This document shows positions 1-10,160 of a stretch of 64,000 nucleotides of DNA, piece after piece. Numbering within the stretch: position 1 is the stretch's first letter; each line of letters starts with the position of its first letter. Source of the stretch: an uncultured Planctomycetota bacterium (GTDB lineage Bacteria; Planctomycetota; Planctomycetia; Isosphaerales; Isosphaeraceae); contig CAWGMQ010000006.1 in NCBI GenBank assembly GCA_963823665.1, positions 1,664,001-1,728,000 on the forward strand, read 5' to 3'. Under the pieces are notes generated by a model. It saw only the letters and a program-made list of their open reading frames with translations. It was not told where the DNA came from and did not search any database. The position numbers and the translations under genes were made by a program.

Positions 1-1
1 C

Positions 2-706
2 GTAGCCGTTCTGGCCGGTTTCGCCGGCTGGAAATGGCTGGTCACGAGAAGCGAGGAGGACGGCCTGGCCTGGCCGCTCCGCCGTGTTCTGCGGTTCAAT
101 GAGCGCCTGGCGCAAGCGGCGTTCCGAACGTCCAGCAAATCACCTGAATTCCCCCGAAGCGCGGCCCAAGAGCCGCGCGTCAACGGCGAGATCGGCCTCG
201 ACCCGGCGGTCGCGGCGGCCGACTGGAGGCTGCGCGTCATCGGCCCACCGGGTGAAGGCGGTGCCCGGCTGTTCCGGCTCGACGAGATCAAAGCGCTGTC
301 TCGCGTGGAAATGACGACCGAGCTGAAGTGCATCGAGGGCTGGAGCACGGTCGTCCACTGGGCCGGCGCGCGATTGGCCGACCTCGCCGCACAGACGGGC
401 CTGGCGACTCGCAGCGGCCGCGGGCAGGATCCGGACGGCGTCCTCCGTTATGCCGCGGTCGAGTCACCCAACCGCGAGTATTACGTCGGGCTCGACATGG
501 CGAGCGCCCTCCACCCCCAGACCTTGCTGTGCTACGAGATGAACGGCGAGCCGTTGACTCCGGAGCACGGCGCGCCGCTCCGCCTGGTCATTCCGGTCAA
601 GTACGGCATCAAGAACCTCAAACAAATCGGGACCATTCGATTCACGGACGTGCGCCCCGCCGACTACTGGGCCGAGCGGGGCTATGACTGGTATGCGGGA
701 CACTGA
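2..706 (+). CDS. Molybdopterin-dependent oxidoreductase (MsrP/YedY, sulfite oxidase family), 5' end outside window
   Basis: Open frame from nt 2 continuous with ORF 305..706; CIEGWS Mo-ligand Cys, HGAPLRL, KYGIKNLK, YWAERGY motifs. Confidence 0.85.
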   Translation, partial: VAVLAGFAGWKWLVTRSEEDGLAWPLRRVLRFNERLAQAAFRTSSKSPEFPRSAAQEPRVNGEIGLDPAVAAADWRLRVIGPPGEGGARLFRLDEIKALSRVEMTTELKCIEGWSTVVHWAGARLADLAAQTGLATRSGRGQDPDGVLRYAAVESPNREYYVGLDMASALHPQTLLCYEMNGEPLTPEHGAPLRLVIPVKYGIKNLKQIGTIRFTDVRPADYWAERGYDWYAGH

Positions 707-785
707 AACTCAAGCGACGTTTATCCTAAGCGACCCTGCGTCGTCGTCAACTGGAGATATCTAGATCATTCAAAGAAAGGGGCTT

Positions 786-1916
786 ATGATGCACTCGATC
801 CGGATCGCACTGGCCCTGGGCCTCGGCACCGCGTTGTTGGGCATACCGACTCCTGGGTCGGTCGTCGCCCAGGAGCAGGAGGCTGGACACTGCCCTGGAA
901 GACTGGAGGCGCTCGACATCTCATACCGCCGCCAACTTCGCGCAATCGAGCGCAAGTGGATCGCCGATCTCGCCGGCCTCGCGGGAAAGTCGAGCGGTCC
1001 GGAGGCGAACGACGCCTACCGGCAACTGTTCACACTGGCAGTCGCGCGAGACCTTTGCATGGAGGCACAGCCGGCGGCCCAGAGCTGCTTGGCGTCGATC
1101 GCCTTGGGAGAAGCAGATCCGGCGGCCCAAAGCTGCTCGCCGTCGATCCCTAGGACACAGGATCTGCGCATCTTGGCCGCATCGGTCCAGGTCTTCGCCC
1201 GGGCCGAGCAGGGCGAGTACGAACAGTCGCTCGCCGAGCTCAAGGCGCTCTTCAAGAGGCCGGGTTGTGGGCCGCAGCGCGCCGCGAAGTCGAGCGGCGC
1301 GACAGCGTTTGTCGTGGGAGAGGCCTACTTCCAGCGCCTCATCCGCAGCAGCCGCTACGACGTCGCACGCAAGTTGTGTGAGCTGGCCTGCAAGGACGAC
1401 ACCCCGGCCGCCCTCAAGCACCACTTCAGGGCCCGGATGGATCGGCTCGACCTGCTGGAGGGGCACGCGCCGGCGTTCTCCGGCAACGACGTCGATGGCC
1501 GCCACCTGTTCCCGGCCGATCTCAAACGAAAAATCGCCCTGGTCCAGTTCTGGGAGTCACGGTGCCCTCACTGTGTCGCCGCGATCACCGCTCTGAGTGC
1601 TTTGGCCCAAAAGCACGAGCGCCGTGGCTTCGAGATCTCGGCCGTCGACCCCGATCCGCGGAATCTGGACATCAAGGTTGGCACAACGGCGCCGCCAAAA
1701 GCTCACCAGTTCGCGATCGGACACGGCGCGACCTGGCCATATCTATCCGGCGACCAGACGGCGGGCAACGTCTGCACGGCCTGTGGCGTGGAGGTGATCC
1801 CGGCGAACTACCTCTTCAGCCGCGCCGGCAGGATCTTCGCCATCGAGCATGGCGATGCCTTGGAACGGGAGATCGTCCAGGCCAGGAGCGGCTTATCCGG
1901 CGGCGATTCCAAGTAA
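786..1916 (+). CDS. Secreted TlpA/redoxin-family thiol-disulfide oxidoreductase
   Basis: Signal peptide; C-terminal thioredoxin fold LVQFWESRCPHC ... IPANYLF. Confidence 0.75.
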   Translation: MMHSIRIALALGLGTALLGIPTPGSVVAQEQEAGHCPGRLEALDISYRRQLRAIERKWIADLAGLAGKSSGPEANDAYRQLFTLAVARDLCMEAQPAAQSCLASIALGEADPAAQSCSPSIPRTQDLRILAASVQVFARAEQGEYEQSLAELKALFKRPGCGPQRAAKSSGATAFVVGEAYFQRLIRSSRYDVARKLCELACKDDTPAALKHHFRARMDRLDLLEGHAPAFSGNDVDGRHLFPADLKRKIALVQFWESRCPHCVAAITALSALAQKHERRGFEISAVDPDPRNLDIKVGTTAPPKAHQFAIGHGATWPYLSGDQTAGNVCTACGVEVIPANYLFSRAGRIFAIEHGDALEREIVQARSGLSGGDSK

Positions 1917-2057
1917 AGTAATCGAGTACGACGATCCAATGATGAGAGCAAAGTTACGTCAAGTGGTCTTCAACAATAACCGGCAGATCGTCTCGCACGA
2001 CGGCCAGGCCGATCGCTTCGGGGCGTCTCCGGTTCAAGGAGTCAGAGCCATGACATC
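1832..2057 (+). repeat. Diverged direct repeat, copy 1 (TlpA 3' end + intergenic region + RBS/ATG)
   Basis: Aligns by eye with 4902..5129; identical 32-mer TCTCCGGTTCAAGGAGTCAGAGCCATGACATC at 2026-2057 and 5098-5129. Confidence 0.85.
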
Positions 2058-2448
2058 GCGACCTTGGAGCATGATGGTTTCCGTTCTGGTCTTCGCCTTG
2101 GTGCTGGCCGCGGGCGATAGCGCCCGGGCGCAATGGGTCGTCTCAGGCGGCTCGAGTTATCCCCCGATCGGCCAGTTCGGCCTGGGCTACGGGACGGTCC
2201 AGGGAATCTCGCCTTTCGGCTACGGTTCATTCGGCGCAGGTGTTTACGACGGGTCGAGCCACTTCGTCGGATTCCCGCTCCCCGGTTATGGACGGGCCAT
2301 CGGGCGAACGCCGGTCACGACCACGTCGTTTGAGTCGGTCTCCGACGTCGTGACCTTGGTCCCCGGTTGGAACGGTTCGGGGGGGCACCGGATTCACCGC
2401 CGGCACCGAGCGGTAGCGAGCGTTCCCCGAGCGGCGATAGGTCGGTGA
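2050..2448 (+). CDS. Hypothetical secreted Gly-rich protein
   Basis: AAGGAG RBS, signal peptide ending ARA-Q, Gly/Tyr/Phe-rich. Confidence 0.6.
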   Translation: MTSRPWSMMVSVLVFALVLAAGDSARAQWVVSGGSSYPPIGQFGLGYGTVQGISPFGYGSFGAGVYDGSSHFVGFPLPGYGRAIGRTPVTTTSFESVSDVVTLVPGWNGSGGHRIHRRHRAVASVPRAAIGR

Positions 2449-2666
2449 TCGCGGTCGATCGAGGGTTCGAGGTCAGAGGTAAAACGCTGTCAGGATTTGG
2501 GGGCCGGCTGCGACAAATTCAATAAGCCCCAGCGGAACACCCCGGGGTTTGGCATGCTCGCGAGGCAGGGTTCCGCTCGACGGTCGCGTGCCTTGGCGGG
2601 CATCATCACGAATTTGTTTCGATCGGCTTCCATGTTTAATCTGTCGTGCCGAACTCGGAGCGAGCC

Positions 2667-4901
2667 ATGATCCCCCACGACTCTGACCGAGACAAGCAGC
2701 CCCTTCCCTCCTCAAACGGGCTGTGCGGTAACCACGACCCCCAGGAAACGGGCTCGTATCCTCCGGCGGCTGACCGCCCGCCTGCTGCGACCGCGCCTGG
2801 TGATCGGTTGACTAGCGAGCGCCTCGACTTCCTCGGCTCGCCTAAAGCCGACGGAGAGCTCGGCTGGCTGGCCCACTACCGCGTTCTCACGCTCCTGGGC
2901 GAAGGTGGCATGGGCCTCGTCTTCCTGGCCGAAGACAGTCTTCTCTCCCGACCCGTCGCCTTGAAAGTCATCAGGCCCGAAATCGCGGATACCCCGGGAA
3001 TCACCGAGCGGTTCACTCGCGAGGCCCGGGCGACCGCCGCGATCAAGCACGACCATATCGTCACCATCTATCAGGTCGGGCAGGAACGGGGCGTCCCGTT
3101 TCTCGCCATGGAGTACTTGAAGGGCATGTCGCTGGCCCAATGGCTGGACCGAGGCCACAAACCACCAGTGGAGGTCGTGCTGCGAATCGGTCGCGAGATC
3201 GCCGCGGGTCTCGCCGCCGCCCATCGCCACAGCCTGATCCACCGCGACATCAAGCCGGCCAACATCTGGCTCGAGGCACCGCTCGGCCGCGTCAAGATCC
3301 TCGACTTCGGCATGGCACGGTCGCAGCGCGAGGAAATCGAGATCACTCGGACCGGGGCGGTCATGGGCACGCCGGCCTACATGGCTCCAGAGCAAGCCCG
3401 CGCTGAACCGGCCGGCGCTGGCTCGGATCTGTTCAGTCTCGGCTGCGTCCTGTACCGCCTCTCTACCCTGCGCTTGCCCTTCGAGGGTGACTCGGTCATC
3501 GCGGTGCTGACATCGATCTGGACGGCAACCCCCCCTGCTCCGCGCGCTCTGAACGACACGATCCCGGCCAGTCTGAGTGATCTGATCATGCGGCTCTTGC
3601 ACAAGATGCCGGAGGCACGGCCGGTTTCGGCGGAAGTCGTGGTCAAGGAGCTAAGGAGTATCGAGCGTGAGCTGCTTGCTCAGCGACAAATCGCAGAACG
3701 GGGAGAAAACGAGCCCTTGACGGATCTTGTGAGGCAGATCATCCGGTCTCCGCGCGAGCTCGTCGACCAGACGAGCCCGACTCCGCCGGCGTCAACGCCT
3801 CACGCTCGCAGCCGCAAGCTCGGAGTTGCGGCCGTGCTGGCCGCGCTCACGGCCGCGGCGATCTTTAGCCTTGTGTTCGCCCGGACGCGCAGGAGCAGCC
3901 TCACGATCATCGCCACCGGGCCCGCCACAGCTCCGGACCGTGAGCCGGGCGCGCTTGCGCCGGTCATGAGACCGAAGACCGACGATCCGCGCCCGGCTCA
4001 ACCGGCTGCCGGGCCGGATCGCCTCGCGGCATCGGTTGATCGGGATGACGTCTTGGTGCCAAGTGCTCCAACGGGCCTCGAGGTACCGCGTTCCACCGCA
4101 GTGATCGAACCCGGTTTATCTCCCGCACCGAAGGCTTCCCAGCACGACGACGCTCCGGCGGATCACGTCTCCCCGAGCGACGGAAAAATGCGCGGCGAAC
4201 TGCCAACCGCGAGCATCGCCGAGAACGGGCGAGCACCACAGGGACGGGACCCGGCGGCGCGAGAGAAGCATCCTTGGGGTGATGCCGTCGACCCCGACGG
4301 CGATTGTCAGTTCGAGCTGGACCCACGTGAAGACAAGGTCAGGATCATCGTCCCTGGCAAGCCCCATATCCTGAGCGCCGAGATTGGTCGCGTGAACGGG
4401 CCGCGGCTCCTGCGCGATATCAAAGGCGATTTCGATTTGATCGTGCGGGTCGCGGGCACGGACAACCCAGCAGGGAAAGCGACGACGACGGTCTATCCCC
4501 CTTATCACGGGGCTGGGCTGCTCATCTGGCAGGACCAGGAGAACTACGTCCGACTCGAGATCGCCACCGACGTGCAGCACCGGAAGGCTCGCCCCTACGT
4601 CAACTTCGAGCATCGCAAAGACGGCACGCTCGCCGCTTCAAGCGGCATCGCGAACACGGACGCCTCGAACCACCTCCGGCTGAAGCGGCGCGGTGACGAG
4701 ATCTACGCGTCCTTTGGACCGGACGGCCTGCGCTGGACCTCATTTCCTCCGCTCTCCGTCAAACTCAACGACCGCCTGAAGGTTGGTGTCTCGGCCATCA
4801 ACAGCTCGACGAAGCTCCTGACCGCGGAATTCGAGGGCCTTGAGGCATTGGAAATACCCGGCGCCGGACGTGATCTCAAGACCGAAGGGGTGCGCCCATG
4901 A
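2667..4901 (+). CDS. Hanks-type Ser/Thr protein kinase with TM helix and C-terminal DUF1349-like (ConA-like) domain
   Basis: LGEGGMG, VALK, HRDIKPAN, DFG, GTPAYMAPE; TM GVAAVLAALTAAAIFSLVF; AGLLIWQD..YVRLE. Confidence 0.9.
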   Translation: MIPHDSDRDKQPLPSSNGLCGNHDPQETGSYPPAADRPPAATAPGDRLTSERLDFLGSPKADGELGWLAHYRVLTLLGEGGMGLVFLAEDSLLSRPVALKVIRPEIADTPGITERFTREARATAAIKHDHIVTIYQVGQERGVPFLAMEYLKGMSLAQWLDRGHKPPVEVVLRIGREIAAGLAAAHRHSLIHRDIKPANIWLEAPLGRVKILDFGMARSQREEIEITRTGAVMGTPAYMAPEQARAEPAGAGSDLFSLGCVLYRLSTLRLPFEGDSVIAVLTSIWTATPPAPRALNDTIPASLSDLIMRLLHKMPEARPVSAEVVVKELRSIERELLAQRQIAERGENEPLTDLVRQIIRSPRELVDQTSPTPPASTPHARSRKLGVAAVLAALTAAAIFSLVFARTRRSSLTIIATGPATAPDREPGALAPVMRPKTDDPRPAQPAAGPDRLAASVDRDDVLVPSAPTGLEVPRSTAVIEPGLSPAPKASQHDDAPADHVSPSDGKMRGELPTASIAENGRAPQGRDPAAREKHPWGDAVDPDGDCQFELDPREDKVRIIVPGKPHILSAEIGRVNGPRLLRDIKGDFDLIVRVAGTDNPAGKATTTVYPPYHGAGLLIWQDQENYVRLEIATDVQHRKARPYVNFEHRKDGTLAASSGIANTDASNHLRLKRRGDEIYASFGPDGLRWTSFPPLSVKLNDRLKVGVSAINSSTKLLTAEFEGLEALEIPGAGRDLKTEGVRP

Positions 4902-5129
4902 ATCTCTTTCAGCGATCGTGGAGCACGACGATGCCGTGGAACGCGCTATCGTCCGGGGCTCAGGCGGTCTGTCGGGCGGTGACTCCAAGTAATTGAGCAC
5001 GAAGATCGAATAATAATCGCAAAATTACGTCAACTGATCTTTAACAAGAACCGGTAGAAAGTCTCGCACGATGGCAAGGCTTATCGCTGCCGGATCATCT
5101 CCGGTTCAAGGAGTCAGAGCCATGACATC
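4902..5129 (+). repeat. Diverged direct repeat, copy 2 (remnant of TlpA C-terminus + intergenic region)
   Basis: Encodes VEHDDAVERAIVRGSGGLSGGDSK* versus IEHGDALEREIVQARSGLSGGDSK* in copy 1. Confidence 0.85.
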
Positions 5130-5228
5130 ACAACGATTGAATTCGTCGCCCCGAGTGAATGTCCTTGTGCATCGCGTTACCGCATCCTGTTTGATCAGTT
5201 TCCCCCTTTGATTCTGAAAGAGAGCTGA

Positions 5229-5741
5229 ATGATTAGTCGATTCCGTAATTTGACCGTCCTTGCCCTGGCGCTTTCGCTCAATACCGCCCGCGCCGCCTGG
5301 GCCGACGATGGGCCGCCGGTGAAGCCTTTCGAGGCGGATGGCATCGTCGCCGACGTCCTCGAGCTATTCCCGCACGCCATCAAGGACCACAAGAAAGTCG
5401 ATCGGGCTCGCGCGCAGTCGACGCTCAAAGAGGTTGCCGCCCGCGCTCTGGTCACCAAGGACGGCGTCTACGCGTTTCTCGAAACCCCCGAGAACAAGAA
5501 AGCCTTGAAAGGTGTGAAGCCAGGAACCGCCGTGAGCATCAAGGGACGACTGCTCGCTTCCGGCGCGCTCTTGCACATCGACGCGATCTCCAAGGCGAAA
5601 GACGACCCCGGCGTTGATCTGTCGCGGTACGAAGACGAAGAAGGGAAGGAAGTCACTGTGTTCGTCACCAAGAAAATTCGAGCCAGCCCGGCCGTGCGGC
5701 CGGGCGATGTCGAAAGGGAGTTTTGTCCATGCATGAACTGA
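5229..5741 (+). CDS. Hypothetical exported protein
   Basis: Signal peptide (AWA-D); overlaps start of next gene. Confidence 0.6.
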   Translation: MISRFRNLTVLALALSLNTARAAWADDGPPVKPFEADGIVADVLELFPHAIKDHKKVDRARAQSTLKEVAARALVTKDGVYAFLETPENKKALKGVKPGTAVSIKGRLLASGALLHIDAISKAKDDPGVDLSRYEDEEGKEVTVFVTKKIRASPAVRPGDVEREFCPCMN

Positions 5742-6589
5742 TCAAGCTCGTGGCACTGCTCTTACCGATCCTGGTCGCGCTCGGGCCAAATCAAGCCGCT
5801 TCGGCCGGCGAGCGCGACGAGCCCAAACGAATGGTCCTGGTCGAGCTCTACACCTCGCAGGGCTGCGACATGTGCCCGACAGCCGAGAAGATATTGGGCG
5901 CGCTGGCCGAGCGGGAAAGCAGGATCGTGCCGATTGCTTTTCATGTCGATTACTTCAATGATCCGTGGCAGGACGTCTTCTCCGACCCGCTCTACAGCAA
6001 GCGGCAGATGGTCTATAACCAGCTCTATACCAAGCCCAAGAACCAGGAGTACGGCCTCTATTACACGCCCATGTTGATGATCGACGGCAGGCAGTCAGTC
6101 AACGGCCGCGACCCGGCCTCCGCCCAGGCGGCGATCCAAGCGGCCCTGGCCAGAAAACCAGCCGTCGGGCTTGACGTCGCCCTGGACCTCGCCAGCGACG
6201 ACGGCTCTGGCACGACCACGATCAAGGTGACGAGCCGCTCGACCGCGGCCGAGAAATCGCCGCTCTTGGTCTGCGCCGTGCTTCGCGAGGATGGCGTCGT
6301 CACCAACATCCCGTCGGGGGAAAACGCCGGCAAGTCGCTCATCGCTCGCTTCCCGGCCCGGCAGACGAAGTACGAGTTCATCGAGCTCGACGGCAAGTCG
6401 CCCACGACAAAGCGTTTCTCGTTCAAGATCGAGCCGGCCTGGAACCGTCAAAACCTCAAGCTGGCCGTGTTCGTTCAAGACAAGCGCACGGGCGTGATCC
6501 ACCAGGCGACCGATCTCCTCTGGCGAACGACCCCGACCGCCGCGACTTCGCCGAGTAATGTGACTGAAAAGACGACCCCGGCACGTTGA
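5729..6589 (+). CDS. DUF1223 thioredoxin-fold protein
   Basis: VELYTSQGCDMCP, FHVDYF, YTP, SGENAG. Confidence 0.85.
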   Translation: MHELIKLVALLLPILVALGPNQAASAGERDEPKRMVLVELYTSQGCDMCPTAEKILGALAERESRIVPIAFHVDYFNDPWQDVFSDPLYSKRQMVYNQLYTKPKNQEYGLYYTPMLMIDGRQSVNGRDPASAQAAIQAALARKPAVGLDVALDLASDDGSGTTTIKVTSRSTAAEKSPLLVCAVLREDGVVTNIPSGENAGKSLIARFPARQTKYEFIELDGKSPTTKRFSFKIEPAWNRQNLKLAVFVQDKRTGVIHQATDLLWRTTPTAATSPSNVTEKTTPAR

Positions 6590-6600
6590 AAGGAGTTCTA

Positions 6601-7181
6601 ATGTTATCTTATATCGGATCCTGACACTGGCCGCGGCAGTCGCGATGCTTGCCGCCTCGACAGCTTTCTCGCAAGGCAAGGGGAAACCCGCGTCCGACGA
6701 GCAGTCCGGCATGAAGGTCGGCGAGAAGGCGCCGAAATTCACACTGAAAGACCAGGAGGGCAAGGAGCGCTCGTTGGATGATCTGCTCAAGAAGGGCAAG
6801 GTTGCCCTGGTGTTTTACCGCTCGGCCGACTGGTGACCGTACTGTCGCAAGCAGTTGGTTCAACTGCAAACCGATATCAAGTCGATTGAAGACGCCGAGA
6901 TCCAGCTCATCGGCATCAGCTATGATTCGCCCACCGTGCTCAAAAAGTTCTCCGACCGGTCGAAGATTACGTTTCCCCTGCTGTCCGACCCGGAGAGCAA
7001 GACGATCGACGCCTACAACATCCGCAACAAGGCTGCGAAAGGCAAGGCGGAGGGCGTGCCCAATCCGGGTACGTTCATTTTGGATCAAGAGGGCGTGATC
7101 CGCGCCAAGCTCTTCCTGGAGAACTTTCGCGATCGCCATTCGACCGAAGAACTCGTGAAGGCGGCGAAGGCCGTCAAGTGA
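6601..7181 (+). CDS. AhpC/TSA peroxiredoxin-like selenoprotein (W-U-P-Y-C)
   Basis: ORFs 6645..6836 and 6855..7181 are in one frame, joined by TGA 6834-6836 at the catalytic position FYRSADW-U-PYC; RBS-linked ATG 6601 is out of frame with 6645, so start is uncertain. Confidence 0.85.
6851..6867 (+). promoter_or_regulatory. Putative bacterial SECIS upper hairpin
   Basis: GCAGTTG-GTT-CAACTGC perfect 7-bp stem; loop G 22 nt after the UGA. Confidence 0.65.
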
Positions 7182-7210
7182 TTCCCCCACAGCTCATGAG
7201 GAGACAGACA

Positions 7211-8622
7211 ATGCGCACGTTGGCCTTCAGCCTTGCGGCTTGTGGCGTGATCCTTGGCTCGAGTTCGCCCGCCTCGGCCGCGACGTATGCGCCAAAGGTC
7301 GGCGAGAGGCACCCCGACTTTACTCTGCCCACGATCGACAATCGCCGGCCCACATCGCTTTCCAGCTTCCGTGGCAAGAAAGTGCTGCTGATCCAGTTCG
7401 CCTCCTGGTGAGTGGGCTGCCGGCGGCACGTGCCAGTCTGGCACGAAGCGACTCGCGAGGCGGTGGCGCAGGGGCGGCTGGTCGTGCTGGGCGTCACCCA
7501 GGAGCAACATGCCGACCGCTGCCGGCTGTTCGCCCAGTGGAGGCAGTTCGGCTGGCCGATCCTCCACGACCCGATCAATCTTCTCGAGGCGCCGGCGGTG
7601 CCGATCGTGGTGGCGATTGACGAGCACCGCATCGTGCGCGCCGTCCGCCCGCGCCCGAAACGTTCAAAGCCGAGTTCCTCGACAAGACGTTCGCGGACGA
7701 CGCACCGGCAGGAGCTGTTCCGTCCGCCGGTGCTCCCGATCCGGCCTCGCTGCGCCGCACGGCCGAGGCGAAACCCGACCCCGGCGCCTGGCGTGCCCTG
7801 GGCGACGCCTTGACAATCTGGAGCGCCGCGAACCGCCTCGACGAGGCGATCGACGCATACACGCGTGCCCTGGTGCTTGACCCCTCGGACAAAATTGCCC
7901 TGTTCAGGCTGGGTGTCGCCCACCGGATGCGCCACGAGTCGGCAGGACGAAAGCCCGGTGACTTCCAGGCCGCGATCGATGCGTGGGGCCGCGCTCTGGC
8001 ACTCGACCCGAATCAGTACATCTGGCGACGTCGAATCGAACAGTACGGCCCGCGCCTCACCAAGCCATACGCGTTCTACGACTGGGTCGTGCAGGCCAGG
8101 GCGGAAATCGTGCGCCGCGGCGAGACGCCCGTTTCCCTCACGGTCGAGCCATACGGCTCCGAGCTCGCAGGCCCCGTCCGCGACGTCCTGACTGACCCGA
8201 CCGCCCTGGTCGAGCCCGATCCCAAGGGTCAGATCGCGCGTGACGAGCAGCGGTTCATCGAGGCCGAGGTGGTTGTTGTGCCATCGCGCGTCCGCCCGGG
8301 CCAAGCCGCGCGGCTACACCTCACCTTCCGTCCCAGCGCCGCCCACGCCGCACACTGGAACAACGAATCCACCCCGTTGCGGATCTGGGTCACCGGGGCC
8401 GAAGGCTGGACGACGTCCACGCGAATGCTCGAGGCGCCCCAGCCAGACCGGCCCGAGTCTGTTGAGGTCCGCCGCCTCGACTTCGAGGTGAAGGCGCCCA
8501 CCACCGCCGAGGGAAAGACCCGCCTCGCGGCCTACGCCCTCTACAACGCATGCGAACAGGCGGGAGGACGTTGCCTCTTCCTCCGTCAGGACCTGTCGAT
8601 CGAGCTGGACGTTGCGAAATGA
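7211..8622 (+). CDS. Exported redoxin selenoprotein (W-U-V-G-C) fused to TPR and DsbD-N-like domain; one frameshift near 7656
   Basis: GAGGAG RBS; LIQFASW-TGA(7409-7411)-VGC; after a frame change reads ETFKAEFLDK..WRALGDAL into ORF 7810..8622 (TPR: AIDAYTRALVLDP; C-terminal YNACEQAGGRCLF). Confidence 0.75.
7430..7444 (+). promoter_or_regulatory. Putative bacterial SECIS upper hairpin
   Basis: GTGCCA-GTC-TGGCAC; loop G 25 nt after the UGA. Confidence 0.65.
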
Positions 8623-8692
8623 GGGAAGCCCTCCTCCGCCTGTCGGTACGGACAACATTCGCGTTCTGAAACCTCTGCTACGGTGCCCCACT

Positions 8693-9316
8693 ATGGAGAA
8701 TGCAATCCTACCCGGCCAGTCCCGCACCAACCTGGACCAAGCGGCCTTGTTGGCACGGATGCAGGCGGGTGACGACGACGCCTTTGAAGCGTGCGTTCGC
8801 GCCCACTGGGGTCAGTTTTTGCTAGTAGCCCGGCGCATTCTCGGGAATGAAGAGGACGCCAACGACGCGGTGCAGGACGCTTTTCTGTCCGCATTCCAAG
8901 GAATTGGCCAGTTCAAGGAGCAGGCGCAGCTTGCCACCTGGCTGCACCGCATTGTGGTCAATGCGGCACTGGGCCGATTGCGCAGGCGGCAATACCACGA
9001 GGAAAGGTCGATTGAGGACCTACTCCCTCACTTCGCCGCGGGCGAGCACCAGATCGATCCGCCGGTCCCCTGGCAGGGGACCTCCGAATCGATCGTAGAG
9101 CAGCAGGAGTTATGCGCGCTGGTGCGGCGCTGTATCAGTCGGCTTCCGGAAGATTACCGTATCGTTCTACTCTTGCGCGACATCGAAGGATTAGCAACGG
9201 AGGAGACGGCCCGTATACTGAGCACCAGCACGACGGTCGTCAAGACGCGCCTGCATCGCGCACGCCAGACTCTCCGCTCGCTGCTCGACCCGCACATGCG
9301 GCGAGGAAACCTATGA
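8693..9316 (+). CDS. ECF RNA polymerase sigma-70 factor
   Basis: DAVQDAFLSA, TWLHRIVVNAAL, LLRDIEG, VKTRLHRAR. Confidence 0.92.
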   Translation: MENAILPGQSRTNLDQAALLARMQAGDDDAFEACVRAHWGQFLLVARRILGNEEDANDAVQDAFLSAFQGIGQFKEQAQLATWLHRIVVNAALGRLRRRQYHEERSIEDLLPHFAAGEHQIDPPVPWQGTSESIVEQQELCALVRRCISRLPEDYRIVLLLRDIEGLATEETARILSTSTTVVKTRLHRARQTLRSLLDPHMRRGNL

Positions 9317-9561
9317 ACTGCCGCGAATTCACCGAGTTTCTCCACGAATACATGTGCGGCGATCTGCCCGCCGACCAGCAAGCGGAGTTCGAGAAGCACC
9401 TAGCGGAGTGTCCCTGGTGCGTGGCGTATCTCGACAGTTATCGCAAGACTATTGTCCTGGTGAAGGCCGCGTTTGCCGGCTCCGAGCGAGCCTCGCAACC
9501 GGCCGACGCTCCCGAGGAGCTCATTCAGGCAATTCTCAACGCCCGGTCGCGCAGGCGGTGA
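9313..9561 (+). CDS. Zinc-binding anti-sigma factor (zf-HC2)
   Basis: MNCREF...HLAECPWC; ATGA overlap with the sigma gene. Confidence 0.88.
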   Translation: MNCREFTEFLHEYMCGDLPADQQAEFEKHLAECPWCVAYLDSYRKTIVLVKAAFAGSERASQPADAPEELIQAILNARSRRR

Positions 9562-9615
9562 CCTCCCCACAACCAGCGGCACATGTCAATCTCTCGCGCC
9601 TTTCGCTTTTTTCTC

Positions 9616-9644
9616 TGTAACCTCCCGTCTCGGCCGGCATCCAA
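9616..9644 (+). promoter_or_regulatory. Putative ECF promoter, motif A (TGTAACC-N15-CATCCAA)
   Basis: Second copy TGTAACC-N16-CATCTAA at 15131-15160; both followed by (G/C)AGAAT. Confidence 0.55.
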
Positions 9645-9716
9645 GAGAATGTGCCCCCGTCCGCCCGCGTGGGTGGGCAGGGGCGGCATCTCCCCGTGAC
9701 TTCTCAAGGAGAACCG

Positions 9717-10160
9717 ATGCAAGTACCAGAGCTGAACCGTCGCGATTTCACCAAGCTGGCCGCGGCCGCCTTGAGCGGAATGGTGGCCGGCGCGAGCCTC
9801 GTCCGAGCGGACGACGAGCCCAAGAAGAAAGATCCCAACAAGCCGCTGCTCCTCCAGGAGCCGCACATCTGTCGCGGCTTGAACCCCACCTGCAAAGGCG
9901 AGGTGGCGGGGAAGAAAAACGAATGCGCGGGCCAGGCCCACGCTGCCACGGTGAAGGACCACTCGTGTAAGGGGCACAACGACTGTGCAGGAGAGGGCGG
10001 CTGCGGCGAGAAGCCGGGCGAGAACAAGTGTAAGGGCATGGGCGACTGTGCCATCCCCCTCAAGGACGACGCCTGGAAGAAGGCGCGGAAGAACTTCGAG
10101 GCGGCGATGACCAAGGCTAACAAGACTTTCGGCGACGCGCCCAAGAAAGAGAAAGAATAA
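9717..10160 (+). CDS. Tat-exported Cys-rich MNIO RiPP precursor 1 (CxGxNxCxGxGxC repeats, bufferin BufA2-like)
   Basis: LNRRDF twin-Arg signal; 8 Cys; directly upstream of DUF692 gene; AAGGAG RBS. Confidence 0.75.
   Translation: MQVPELNRRDFTKLAAAALSGMVAGASLVRADDEPKKKDPNKPLLLQEPHICRGLNPTCKGEVAGKKNECAGQAHAATVKDHSCKGHNDCAGEGGCGEKPGENKCKGMGDCAIPLKDDAWKKARKNFEAAMTKANKTFGDAPKKEKE

Noticed and set aside
1985..2035. c-di-GMP-I riboswitch
   Set aside because: Only superficial similarity; the GCAAA tetraloop/receptor arrangement is not present
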